Assembly: GCF_004010195.1 (NCBI RefSeq)
Contig: NC_057750.1
Span: forward strand, 3,220,761 to 3,284,760
Source: Chiloscyllium plagiosum
Lineage: Eukaryota
Length of the DNA: 64,000 nt
Reading direction: 5' to 3'
The notes under the pieces are model-generated. The model was not told where the DNA came from. It worked only from the letters and a program-made list of their open reading frames with translations, and searched no databases. A program made the position numbers and the translations under genes. How positions within the stretch are numbered: position 1 is the first letter of the stretch; each line of letters opens with the position of its first letter. Below are positions 54,101 to 62,829 of the stretch, piece after piece.

Positions 54101-57100
54101 NNNNNNNNNNNNNNNNNNNNNNNNNNNNNNNNNNNNNNNNNNNNNNNNNNNNNNNNNNNNNNNNNNNNNNNNNNNNNNNNNNNNNNNNNNNNNNNNNNNN
54201 NNNNNNNNNNNNNNNNNNNNNNNNNNNNNNNNNNNNNNNNNNNNNNNNNNNNNNNNNNNNNNNNNNNNNNNNNNNNNNNNNNNNNNNNNNNNNNNNNNNN
54301 NNNNNNNNNNNNNNNNNNNNNNNNNNNNNNNNNNNNNNNNNNNNNNNNNNNNNNNNNNNNNNNNNNNNNNNNNNNNNNNNNNNNNNNNNNNNNNNNNNNN
54401 NNNNNNNNNNNNNNNNNNNNNNNNNNNNNNNNNNNNNNNNNNNNNNNNNNNNNNNNNNNNNNNNNNNNNNNNNNNNNNNNNNNNNNNNNNNNNNNNNNNN
54501 NNNNNNNNNNNNNNNNNNNNNNNNNNNNNNNNNNNNNNNNNNNNNNNNNNNNNNNNNNNNNNNNNNNNNNNNNNNNNNNNNNNNNNNNNNNNNNNNNNNN
54601 NNNNNNNNNNNNNNNNNNNNNNNGACTGAGACAAGGTGGGGGGAGGGGAAATGAGGAAACTGGAGAAATCCGAGTTCATCCCTTGTGGTTGGAGGGTTCC
54701 TAGGCGGAAGATGAGGCACTCTTCCTCCAGCTGTCGCGTTGCTATGGTCTGGCGATGGAGGAGTCCAAGGACCTGCATGTACTTGGTGGAGTGGGAGGGG
54801 GAGTTGAAGTGTTGAGCCATGGAGTGGTTGGGTTGGTTGGTCCGGGTGTCCCAGAGGTGTTCTCTGAAACGTTCCGCAAGTAGGAGCTGGCAGAATGGCT
54901 TGTCTATGAGGTGTTGTAATTTGCTTCTGCAAGAATTATATTTGTTAGTATTTTCAGTCTCCATTTATACAGCAGAGCAACTTAGAATATTACTGGGCAC
55001 CTTTCATAGCCCAAAAGCATAAGTGGGTCCCAGCCCTTAACAAATTTCTGCTAATTCAAATGTCCCCACTCCCCTGTTCAGTCCTATTCCATATAATGCC
55101 ATCCCACTCCAGGCCCCGGTGGCACAGTATTTTGGAAACCATAGGTTCAAAATCACGTTCCCCCCAAAGCACACTTGACACATCATGTCTCAAATTATTC
55201 AGACTTTGTGGATAGCAAATGCATTTGTGTGAACATCATTTTTCCACTATAGGTGATGGCCGAAAACCAGTTAATTCGAATACATTTAATCCTTTGCATG
55301 AGACTGTTCTGATCCTTTGATACCAATCATCTTTACACATATTAAGACCGCCAACATTTATTTTCTTTATTCATGGGATGTGGGCACTGCTGACTGGCCA
55401 ACACTTATTGCCCATCCCTAAATGCCCTGGGAAAGGGCATTTTCTATTTTCCTAAACAGCTGCAGTCCTTTGCATGTAAGGACACCCACAGTGTTGTTAG
55501 GCTGGGAGCTTCGGAATTCTGGCCCAGGAACTATAGAGGAAAATAGTTCCAAGCCAGGATGGTGTGTGGCTCGGTAGGGAATTTGCAAGAGGCAGTGTTC
55601 CACGTATCTGCTGCTTTTTCTGGGTGATAGAAGATATAGGTTTGGAAAGTGTTTGTAGATGAGCGTTAGTGAATTTCTGTAGTGTATCTTATAGATAGTG
55701 TTGTTGATGGTGGTACACGTTGCTGTCCCTGTCCACTGGTGGAGACGGTGAATGTCATTGTGACTGGATTTCACTTCATCAATAGGGCTGCTTTGTCTTG
55801 GGTGGTGTCAAAGCCTCAATGTTGCTTGAGCTGCAACCATCCAGGCAAACGTAGAGTATTGTATCACACTCCTGACCTATGCCTTGTAAATGGTGGATAG
55901 GCTTTGGGGAAACAGGAGCTGAGTTACTCATTATAGAATTGTGGCTGAACATATTCCTGGAAGGTTTCAACATGACACTTCTGCAATTGGATACGCTATA
56001 TGTTGATTCACATGAGGCACTGCATTCCCACAGCAATTCATAAACTGACTTTCTTTATTGCCCAAGCCGATGACTCTACTAAACAGCATTTGACCCAATA
56101 TCCAATAGCTTTAAAACTGACATCTGGAAGTGTTAATAGCTCTTTATCTTTAAAGAGTCAAATGATCTTCCTGAAGGAATGCTCTTTGCAGCATACAGGA
56201 GGTTACTCTACAATTCCTAGAGACTCCAGATCATAAAGAATAAATAGCTATGTATTTAAGTTAGCTCACTTAAAAACCTGAGCTTGAAGGTTTGTTTTCA
56301 GACGTTTCGTCACCATACTAGGTAACATCATCAGTGAGAGTCTCTGGTGAAGTGCTGGTTGTATGTTCCACCTCTCTATTCATAAGTCTTGGTTTCTTAA
56401 GGTGGGTGATGTCATTTCCGTTTTTTTTTCCAAGGGAAGGTAGATAGGATCTAAATCGATGTGTTTATTGATAGAATTCTGGTTAGAATGCCATGCCTCT
56501 AAGAGTTGTCGTGCGTGTCTTTGTTTCACCTGTCCTAGGATGTGTGTGTTGTCCCAGTCAAAGTGGTGTCCTTCTTTGTCTGTATGTATAGAAAATAGTG
56601 ATAGTGGGTCATGTCTTTTAGTGGCCAGTTGGTGTTCATGTATCCTGGTGACAAGTTTCCTGCTAGCTCGTCCGACGTAGTGGTTTTTTTACAGTTCTTG
56701 CATGGTATCTTGTAAATGACATTAGTTTTGCTGATAGTATCTAATGGATCCTTTAGGTTCATTAGTTGCAGTTTAAGTGTGTTGATAGGCTTGTGGGCTA
56801 CCATAATGCCAAGGATACTTGAGTAGTCTGCAAGTCATTTCTGATATGTCTTTGATGTAAGTTAATGTGGCTATAATTCCTGACTCCTGAAGAAGGGCTA
56901 ATGCCCGAAACGTCGATTCTCCTGCTCCTTTGATGCTGCCTGACCTGCTGCGCTTTTCCAGCAACACATTTTTCAGCTATAATTTTTGGTTGCGTCGTGT
57001 CTGCTTGTTTGGGTTTGTTTCTGAGGAATTGGCGGATTGGGTTTATTGGGTACCCATTTTTCTTGAAAACATTGTATCGATATTTTTCTTCTGCTTTTTG

Positions 57101-59713
57101 TAGTTCTTGGGTGCTGCAGTGTGATGTAGGTCATTGAAATAATGTCTTGATGCAGCTCTGTGGGTGCTGGGATGATTGCTTCTATAGTTAAGTATCTGAT
57201 CTGTGTTTGTTGCTTTCCTGTAGATGCAGGTTTGAAGCTCTCCGTTAACTGTACGTTCAACTGTCACGTTTAGGAATAGGAGTGTGTTGTCGTTCTCCTC
57301 TTTTGTGAATTTGATGCCTGTCAGGACATTGTTGATGGTGTTGTATGTTTCCTCTAATTTGTTCAATTTTGTGATGACAAAGGTGTCATCTACGTAGAGG
57401 ACCCAAAGTTTGGGTTGGATAGATGACAGGGCAGCTTGTTCAAGTCTATGCATTAATGCTTCTGCTACAAGCCCTGAAATTGGTGATCCCATAGACTCAC
57501 TATCACTAGGACAGGCGAAACAAAGACACGCACGAGAATTCTTAGAGGCATGGCATTCTAACCAGAACTTCATCAATAAACACATCGATTTAGATCCTAT
57601 CTACTTTCCCTTGAAAAGAAGAACCAGAACTGATATCAATCACCTCAAGAAACCAAGATCAATAAATAGAGATGTGGAACATATCACCAGCACTTCACCG
57701 GAGACTCTCACTGATGATGTTACCTAGTATAGTGATGAAACATCTGAAAACAAACCTTCCAGCTCAGCGAGGTAACTTACGTACTTATCAACAACCTGAG
57801 CTACAAATCTTCTCAAAAATCAGTAATAAGTAGCTATTTCACAGCCCACCCAACTTAGAGACATAGTCATAAAGCATAGAAAGCGGCCCTTTGGCTCACG
57901 ATCAATGCCGACCAACAAACATCAAACCACACTAATCCCATTTACCTGCACTTGGCCCAGAGTCTACTCTGTCCTGGCATTTTAAGGGTTCTTCTTAAAT
58001 GTCATAAGAGTACCTGCCTCCACCACCCTCGCAGGCAGCATGTTCCATATATCTACCACCCTCTGGTCATTCCTGAAGTGTTGACAACCTTAATGTTCAT
58101 GGGAGTTTGCATCTGCAGCTTAGTTGCGAAGGACATCTTCCCCTTCACTCATTGTCTATAAAGCTTTTATTAGTTTACTAACTTTTTTTTTTACTGTCTC
58201 TCCCTGGTTTTATTTGCAATCATTGAAACTGAATTTGAAAGTGCAGATACTATTAATGAAATGCTATGTCCAACTGATACTAATTCAGTGACCAGGAAAA
58301 AGAGAATCTACCTCAGTATTAGTGAAGAGCAATTGAGATTACAAAAGCATTGGCATGACTACCATGGTCCCAAATATTTCCAGTTTAATCTATTAGACAA
58401 AGCTGTATGGATGTCAGATCAGTTCGGTTTCACTAGACTCAATACCAGTGGATCTGGATGAGGAAATTCAACCACCATGAAACAATTTCTGCTTAAGATG
58501 GAGATCACACTGATGTGAATGTAGGAATCAGATGCAGGAGTAGACCAGTAGGTCTCTCCACAAAACCCAGTATGTAAGAAATATCCTCTAGTGCTGTATA
58601 TTGTCTCAACTGCATGGCTCAGTAGCTTGCGTTAGCACTGCTGCCTCACAGCATCAGGGACCCAGGCTTGATTCCAGCCTTGGGGCTGAAAATGTGTTGC
58701 TGGAAAAGTGCAGCAGGTCAGACAGCAACCAAGGAGCAGGAGAATCGACCTTTCGGACATGAGCCCTTCTTCATTCCTGAAGAAGGGCTCATGCCTGAAA
58801 CGTCGATTCTCCTGCTCCTTGGATGCTGCCTGACCTGCTGCACTTTTCCAGCTCTGATCTCCAGCATCTGCAGTCCTCACTTTCTCCTAGTTGATTCCAG
58901 CCTTGGTCAGTTGTCTGTGTGGAGTTTGCACATTCTCCCCGTGCCTGCGTGGGTTTCCTCCAGGTGCCCAGGTTTCCCTCCCACAGTCCAAAGATATGCA
59001 GATTACGTGGATTGGCTATGCTATATTGCTTATGGTGTCCATGATGTGTAGGTGATGTGGAGGTTAATTAGCCAAGGGAAATGCAGGATTACAGGGATAG
59101 GGTAGGGGAGTCTGGATGAGATGTTCTTCAGACAGTAAGTGTGCACTTGTTGCCTAAACGGCCTGTTCCCCCACTGTAGGAATTCTATTCTGTGGATAAC
59201 CTACCCTCACATCTACGAGATAAATATGCCTGCAACTTTCATTATGTTGTCCTAAATTACAGCGCTCAAACGACTCAAATGTGCATTTCTGCTTTTTATA
59301 GTTTGATTACAATTGCAAAACCTTTGCCCAATCACCACTAAGCCTATGCAAATCCCATTTCGTAATTCTATAAGTCAGAAGTGTCGCTTTGCCCAAACTG
59401 ATTGCAGCGAATTCGCAATTAAAAGGGTTCAGCTTTGGCAGCCTAGTCCCACGCCACCTGAGCTTACCCGTGGCCTCATCCACCGTGTAATGGCAATGTT
59501 ATACTGCGAGACCCCTGCCGGGCCATGGAGAGAGGAGTTGGCTGCAGGGAATTGCTGGTCTTCAAACAGGCCGCCTGGCCCCGGGAGCGTCTGGGAGGCC
59601 GGTGCTGCAGCGGTTCCGGGGGTGGGGTACAAGAGGGAATTCCTCCGCAATACCGAACTGCTGTCGTAGAAACCGGGAGCGTGCCCCCCTCCGCTCCAAG
59701 GCATCCGGTACAT
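12132..59713 (-). CDS. Classical calpain large subunit gene (CysPc + C2-like + penta-EF-hand), divergent; 19 visible coding exons totalling 2042 nt, exon 2 not seen
   Basis: Exons with canonical splice sites and compatible phases give [55 protein letters not shown]-hands and C-terminal WLQMTMYS*. Exon sizes 119/134/169/86/65/69/79/117/59 match the classical calpain (CAPN2-type) pattern as I recall it. With a 70-nt exon 2 the protein would be about 703 aa. Confidence 0.95.
13069..13127 (-). CDS. Calpain exon 19 ([20 protein letters not shown])
   Basis: attctag|GA acceptor, GAG|gtaagt donor, 59 nt. Confidence 0.92.
13510..14070 (-). mobile_element. Old CR1 LINE 3' fragment
   Basis: [18 protein letters not shown]...RGHCLKV. 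Confidence 0.75.
14575..15512 (+). repeat. ~210-bp direct duplication (14575-14786 and 15301-15512), with a Penelope mini-insertion at 15109-15300
   Basis: Near-identical blocks beginning ctgwgcttttggatgtctgacctagtatctcc. Confidence 0.85.
17314..17750 (+). mobile_element. HE1-like tRNA SINE with tandemly duplicated head
   Basis: 17314-17453 repeated at 17454-17587; A and B boxes; (aatct)n tail. Confidence 0.9.
18155..18745 (-). mobile_element. Old LINE 3' fragment (CR1/L2-group)
   Basis: Shares the gtcactggc..cagcatttatt..gtggtg..gagctgcc end with 55365-55930, 61555-62700 and 41380-41710. Confidence 0.65.
18800..21090 (+). mobile_element. CR1 LINE ORF2 remnant spanning the N gap, interrupted by a Penelope fragment at 19922-20099
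   Basis: [52 protein letters not shown]; 3' tail after the gap. Confidence 0.9.
20018..20053 (-). ncRNA. Minimal hammerhead ribozyme motif (identical core at 25404-25439)
   Basis: attc-CTGATGA-a-gggc-tttt-gccc-GAAACGTC-gatt. Confidence 0.65.
22788..28317. repeat. 33-bp minisatellite, roughly 150-160 units, consensus CTGGGCCTATTTACTGACCGCCACCAGACTGCG
   Basis: Direct reading; 11-aa periodic translations [11 protein letters not shown] and [11 protein letters not shown] in the ORF track; copy number estimated from length. Confidence 0.98.
25347..25694 (-). mobile_element. Penelope pseudo-LTR fragment inserted in the minisatellite
   Basis: 24-bp terminal direct repeat ctggattagtggtgctggaagagc; same family as 19922-20099; hammerhead core at 25404-25439. 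Confidence 0.85.
29016..29132 (-). CDS. Calpain exon 18 ([39 protein letters not shown])
   Basis: cccctag|GA acceptor, C|gtgagt donor, 117 nt. Confidence 0.94.
29877..29955 (-). CDS. Calpain exon 17 ([26 protein letters not shown]), canonical EF-hand 3
   Basis: tttcttcag|CGA acceptor, G|gtgggg donor, 79 nt. Confidence 0.95.
30110..30424 (+). mobile_element. HE1-like tRNA SINE
   Basis: A/B boxes, tggagtttgcac core, aatct tail. Confidence 0.88.
31023..31091 (-). CDS. Calpain exon 16 ([23 protein letters not shown])
   Basis: U12 branch point TTCCTTAAC then aag|AGA; ACG|gtgagt donor, 69 nt. Confidence 0.92.
31092..32629 (-). other. U12-type (minor spliceosome) GT-AG intron
   Basis: Donor GTATCCTG; branch point TTCCTTAAC at 31108-31116, 16 nt upstream of the exon; no polypyrimidine tract. 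Confidence 0.9.
32630..32694 (-). CDS. Calpain exon 15 ([22 protein letters not shown])
   Basis: ttctag|GT acceptor, GAT|gtatcctg U12-type donor, 65 nt. Confidence 0.93.
33357..33417 (-). CDS. Calpain exon 14 ([20 protein letters not shown]), EF-hand 1
   Basis: cttgcag|GAT acceptor, G|gtaaac donor, 61 nt. Confidence 0.92.
33759..33836 (-). CDS. Calpain exon 13 ([26 protein letters not shown])
   Basis: tcttcag|TGT acceptor, CCG|gtgagc donor; [10 protein letters not shown] corresponds to the helix entering EF-hand 1. Confidence 0.85.
34550..34589 (-). CDS. Calpain exon 12, linker ([13 protein letters not shown]), with GC donor
   Basis: tgtcttccag|G acceptor, CAG|gcaagt donor; 40 nt converts phase 2 to phase 0 exactly as the flanking exons need. 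Confidence 0.72.
35050..37885 (+). mobile_element. CR1 LINE remnant with a nested antisense CR1 (about 35510-36119) and a nested SINE (37008-37339)
   Basis: [44 protein letters not shown]; the host frame continues across both inserts. Confidence 0.88.
37008..37339 (-). mobile_element. Young HE1-like tRNA SINE
   Basis: CpG-rich, intact A box (ggcacggtggcacagtgg) and B box (ggttcaattcc), (aatct)n tail. Confidence 0.92.
37897..38225 (-). mobile_element. HE1-like tRNA SINE
   Basis: Similar to 37008-37339, more diverged. Confidence 0.85.
39793..40001 (-). CDS. Calpain exon 11 ([13 protein letters not shown]...[34 protein letters not shown])
   Basis: tttcacag|GGA acceptor, GA|gtaagc donor, 209 nt. 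Confidence 0.92.
40050..40400. repeat. GA-rich low-complexity tract (TC-rich on the gene strand)
   Basis: Direct reading. Confidence 0.95.
40445..40617 (-). CDS. Calpain exon 10 ([58 protein letters not shown])
   Basis: tttcag|AT acceptor, AAG|gtgagg donor, 173 nt; acidic loop of the C2-like domain. Confidence 0.95.
41825..41991 (-). CDS. Calpain exon 9 ([18 protein letters not shown]...[17 protein letters not shown])
   Basis: atcag|G acceptor, AAAG|gtagga donor, 167 nt. Confidence 0.93.
42636..42707 (-). CDS. Calpain exon 8 ([24 protein letters not shown])
   Basis: tttgcag|G acceptor, TG|gtaagt donor, 72 nt. Confidence 0.93.
42925..43355 (-). mobile_element. CR1 LINE 3' fragment
   Basis: [18 protein letters not shown]...[10 protein letters not shown]. 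Confidence 0.8.
44431..44516 (-). CDS. Calpain exon 7 with catalytic Asn ([29 protein letters not shown])
   Basis: tttcacag|GTT acceptor, GG|gtaagg donor, 86 nt. Confidence 0.96.
44780..48008 (-). mobile_element. L1-clade LINE with internal deletion: 5' UTR, ORF1 remnant and ORF2 C-terminus, inserted into a CR1 fragment
   Basis: caagatgg 5' motif near 47994; coiled-coil ORF1 remnant (47498-47689); CPKC...HCYWSC zinc knuckle (45207-45770); the CR1 ggac/ttgttctt sequence resumes on both sides. Confidence 0.8.
47068..47273. mobile_element. Palindromic Penelope-derived mini-element (family 2) with 12-bp TSD
   Basis: TTGCTTTTCCTT at 47056-47067 and 47274-47285; long inverted arms around damaged hammerhead cores. 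Confidence 0.85.
48890..49190 (+). mobile_element. CR1 LINE 3' fragment
   Basis: Near-identical to 20820-21090. Confidence 0.88.
49286..49357 (-). CDS. Calpain exon 6 with catalytic His ([24 protein letters not shown])
   Basis: gcag|GGG acceptor, CAG|gtaagg donor, 72 nt. Confidence 0.95.
49445..49650. mobile_element. Palindromic Penelope-derived mini-element (family 2) with 9-bp TSD
   Basis: TTGATTTTA at 49436-49444 and 49651-49659; near-perfect ~80-bp inverted arms. Confidence 0.85.
49527..49561 (+). ncRNA. Minimal type I hammerhead ribozyme motif
   Basis: cac-CTGATGA-a-ggagc-gtc-gctcc-GAAA-GC-TA-gtg: stem I cac/gtg, stem II ggagc/gctcc, palindromic AGCT in place of stem III. Confidence 0.7.
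50100..50570 (+). mobile_element. Old CR1 LINE 3' fragment
   Basis: gttagaccacacttggagta...ttggaaggagtacaatgcaggtttacaagaatg. Confidence 0.75.
50769..50937 (-). CDS. Calpain exon 5 ([28 protein letters not shown]...GSIICCAKP)
   Basis: cag|G acceptor, CCG|gtaatg donor, 169 nt. Confidence 0.93.
51798..51931 (-). CDS. Calpain exon 4 ([45 protein letters not shown])
   Basis: caag|TTC acceptor, AA|gtaagt donor, 134 nt. Confidence 0.96.
52166..52284 (-). CDS. Calpain exon 3 with catalytic Cys ([40 protein letters not shown])
   Basis: ttag|GT acceptor, AAG|gtatgt donor, 119 nt. Confidence 0.95.
53680..53962 (-). mobile_element. Penelope-like fragment (family 3) with short terminal inversion
   Basis: [15 protein letters not shown] motif; about 53930-53962 is the reverse complement of about 53815-53848. 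Confidence 0.8.
53721..53760 (-). ncRNA. Minimal type I hammerhead ribozyme motif
   Basis: cca-CTGATGA-tgttacct-agcc-aggtaat-GAAACGTC-tgg: stem I cca/tgg, stem II ttacct/aggtaa, GUC cleavage triplet. Confidence 0.72.
54624..54885 (-). mobile_element. Penelope GIY-YIG 3' fragment
   Basis: [17 protein letters not shown]...[18 protein letters not shown]. Confidence 0.85.
56260..57790. mobile_element. Penelope-like element (family 3), RT plus GIY-YIG remnant with inverted 5' segment
   Basis: MGSPISG...[22 protein letters not shown]; about 57505-57790 is an inverted copy of about 56260-56540. Confidence 0.9.
56298..56337 (-). ncRNA. Minimal type I hammerhead ribozyme motif
   Basis: tca-CTGATGA-tgttacc-tagtat-ggtgac-GAAACGTC-tga. 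Confidence 0.7.
58612..59190 (+). mobile_element. HE1-like SINE interrupted by a palindromic Penelope mini-insertion (58684-58890)
   Basis: 16-bp TSD TTGATTCCAGCCTTGG at 58668-58683 and 58891-58906. Confidence 0.88.
59468..59713 (-). CDS. Calpain exon 1 ([10 protein letters not shown]...[15 protein letters not shown]...TRWMRPR)
   Basis: gcaccATG Kozak context; LFEDxxFP and WxRP calpain motifs; donor CGG|gtaagc, phase 0. The start-codon choice is inferred. Confidence 0.85.
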
Positions 59714-60194
59714 GGTGCAGAAAGGAGCCGAGGAGCAGGATACAGGAGGAACCGGACAGGGTGTGGAATCTCTCCAAAATTTGACCTGCAGTTCCGCCTG
59801 CAACTGAGTTCTACAGAAATCCAGTAACGAGCGTCATTGCTAGGGTGGGGCAACTTCAGTGAAAGACCAGAGCTGCATGGCCAAAGGTTGGCGCCTGTTG
59901 GGAATTAATTGGTTAAGAATCACACCAATATTTGCAACCTGACCAACTAAGAGAGCCTCACGACTCAAAAGATCACGTCGAGTCTTGGAAAGATACAGCG
60001 CAGAAGGCTATTCAGCCCGCTGTTTCTGTACTGGCCCTTTAACGGAACTAACCAGAATTAGTCTTTGCTCTGCCCACCACGTCCGCCCAATCCCATTTTT
60101 CTTGCAGACTTGGATTTTTTTTAAATCTGAGAATTCATCAAATTCCCTTCTGAGAGCTGCTATTGAATTTCTTCCAACTTCAGGCAGTGCAAGT

Positions 60195-60480
60195 AGGGAG
60201 GCAGTGGCTTAGTGGTATTAGCACTGGGCTATTAATCCCGAGACTCAGGTAATATTCCGGGCACCTGAGTTTTAATCCCAACACAGCTGACGGTGGAATT
60301 TGAATACAATTTTGAAAAAAAAAGGGAGTCCATTGGTGATCATGAATCCATTGCTGGTAAAAACCCATCCAGTTCACTCATGTCCTTTTGGGAAGGAAAC
60401 TGCCATTTTATCGTTACCTGGTCTGGCTTAAATGTGAATCCAGACTCACACCCAATGCAGTTGACTCTTAGTTGACTCTG
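60195..60480 (+). mobile_element. tRNA-derived SINE of a second family
   Basis: A-box gtggcttagtgg and degenerate B box gagttttaatccc. Confidence 0.6.
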
Positions 60481-61554
60481 TCTCCCTCTACATTAACTCA
60501 ATAGTCATATCATGCCAGAATCCAATTTAAAACCAAGTCTTAAGGATGAAGCGCTACAGCTACCTGAATATTCATAGCAAATAAACCAAAGAACTACTGA
60601 TTCTGGAAACCAGAAACAAAAACAGAAATTGCTGGAGAAACGCAGCAGGTCTGGCAGCATCCGTGGAAAGAGAAAGTTAACATTTCAAATCCAGTTGATA
60701 CATTAACTCGATTTCTTTCTCCACAGATGCTGCCAGTTCTGCCAAGTTTCTTCACCAATTTCTGCTTTTGTGCCTGAATATTCATTATTGAGTTCTTTTT
60801 TTCAAAAATTGTTTACATTTATTTTCTTCTCATCAGCTTTTTGATATCATTCAGGTCGGAGCAAATTTCTACAGATGCTGGACTCTGTACTGGAAACAAC
60901 AAATACTGGAGATCACAGCTGGTCAGACAGTATCCGTGGACAGAAAGCAAACTAACATTTTGAGTCTAGATGACTCTTCATCAGAGCGGTTTTCAGTTTA
61001 GATATCATTCCTCTCCCTTCAATTTATTTGTCATAAAAACACAGGAGGCCATTTAACCCCTCAAACCTGATCCACGATTCAAAGGTTTACAATTTAAGAG
61101 TTCACAATCTATCTACTGCAACACCCTATTCAATTAATATTTTCATCGTTAAAAAAAATCACTTTTATAATTGAAACATGAATTAGTTTAGTATCAAATG
61201 CCAGTTGTGGATGAAAGTTCCAGACTTCTAGCATTGTGTGCAGAAATGTTTCTTAATATTACTCAAAGGTCTGGTTCTGATTTTTAGACTGCGCCCTAGT
61301 CTTCAACCAGCTCAAGTCGTTTCCATCCATATCATTTGTTCCCCTCAACATCTTGGAAACCGACCAAATCTCCATTAATGGTATAAATTCCAACAGTGGT
61401 ACAAACAAATGAGGTTAATTTGGTCCACCGAGCATGCTTCTGATCTGCTTGTAGCCTCAACCCCACTTTCCCAGATCCTATTTCAGGGAATAAAACCCTA
61501 GTTTGTGAAATCACTTATGTAATCAGGTTCCTCAGACCATTATTCTTGATTCTT

Positions 61555-62700
61555 TTATTCACTTGTGGGACATGGGTGTCACTTGCTGGAACATTAATTC
61601 CTGTCCTTAGTTGTCCTTGTGGTGAACTAACTTCTTAAATCATAGCAGTCCATGTGATGTTGGGACATCCACAATGTCATTGGGGAGAAAATTCCAGGAT
61701 TTTGAGTCATCAAAGGTGGAGGAAAGGTGATATACTTCCAAATCAGGATGGTGAGTGGCTTTGAGCGAAACTTTCAGGTGATGATGTTCCCATGTTTCTT
61801 CTGTGCTTGTCCTTTTAGATGGGAGTAGTTGTAAGACGCTGTCTAAGAATCTTTTGTGATTTCCTTCCGTGATAGTACACACTGCTGCTACTGATCTTCA
61901 ATGGTAGAGGGAGTAGATGCTTGTGAATGTGGCACCAATCACATTCAGTTGAATTTCTTGTCAATGGTAACCCCCTAGGATGTTGATAGAGGTGGATTCA
62001 GTGATGGTAACACAATTGAATGTCAAAAGGCAGTGTTTCGATTATCTCTTATTGGAGATGCCCATTACCTGGCATCGATAATACTTGCCACTTGTCTATT
62101 CAAGCCTGGATATTGTCCAGACCCTGTTGCATTTGATCATAGACTGCTTCAGTTTCTCAGGAGTCACAAATGACGCCGAACGTTCTACAATTATCACTGA
62201 ACAACTTAGGATGTGGGGGTGGGGGTGGAATATCATTGATGAAGCAGCTGAAGATTGTTGGGCCTAGAAGCACTAACTTGAGGAACTCCTGCAGAGATGT
62301 GCTGGAGTTGAGATGCTCGACCTCCAACAACCATAACCATCTTCCTTTGTGCCACGTATGATTCCAACCAGGGAGAGTTTGCCCCAATTTCCATTTATTC
62401 CACTTTTGCTAGGGTTCTTTGATGTCATACTTAGTCAAATATGGCCTTGATGTCAAGGGTTATCACTATCCCATCTGGAATTTAACTCTTCTGTCCATGT
62501 TTGAACCAGGCCTGTTATGAGGTCAAGAGCTGTGTGGCACTGGCAGAATCCAAACTGTTTAATAGCAATGTCACTGACACCTTCCATCACTCTACTAATG
62601 ATCAAGAGTAGACTAAGGGGACAGTAGACTGAGTTGGATTTGTTTCTGCTTTTTGTGGAGAGGACAAACTTGGGCAATTTTCACCATTGTCAACTGCTCT
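61555..62700 (-). mobile_element. Decayed LINE (CR1/L2-group) RT fragment
   Basis: PLSLLLIISRVME, QFGF, LGPTIFSCFINDIP. Confidence 0.75.
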
Positions 62701-62829
62701 GGTATACAAATTGGTTTCATATTTGTAAACATCACAATGATTACCTAAGTGAATTTGCAGGTAGGCATACAGGGGATGTGAAAGGCATGATATAAATATA
62801 ACTTCTCCTTTGGTCCCTCTTTCCATCAG

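Noticed and set aside
55160..55225. Minus-strand [21 protein letters not shown] as the missing calpain exon 2
   Set aside because: Only superficial similarity; no CQG motif and no suitable AG acceptor
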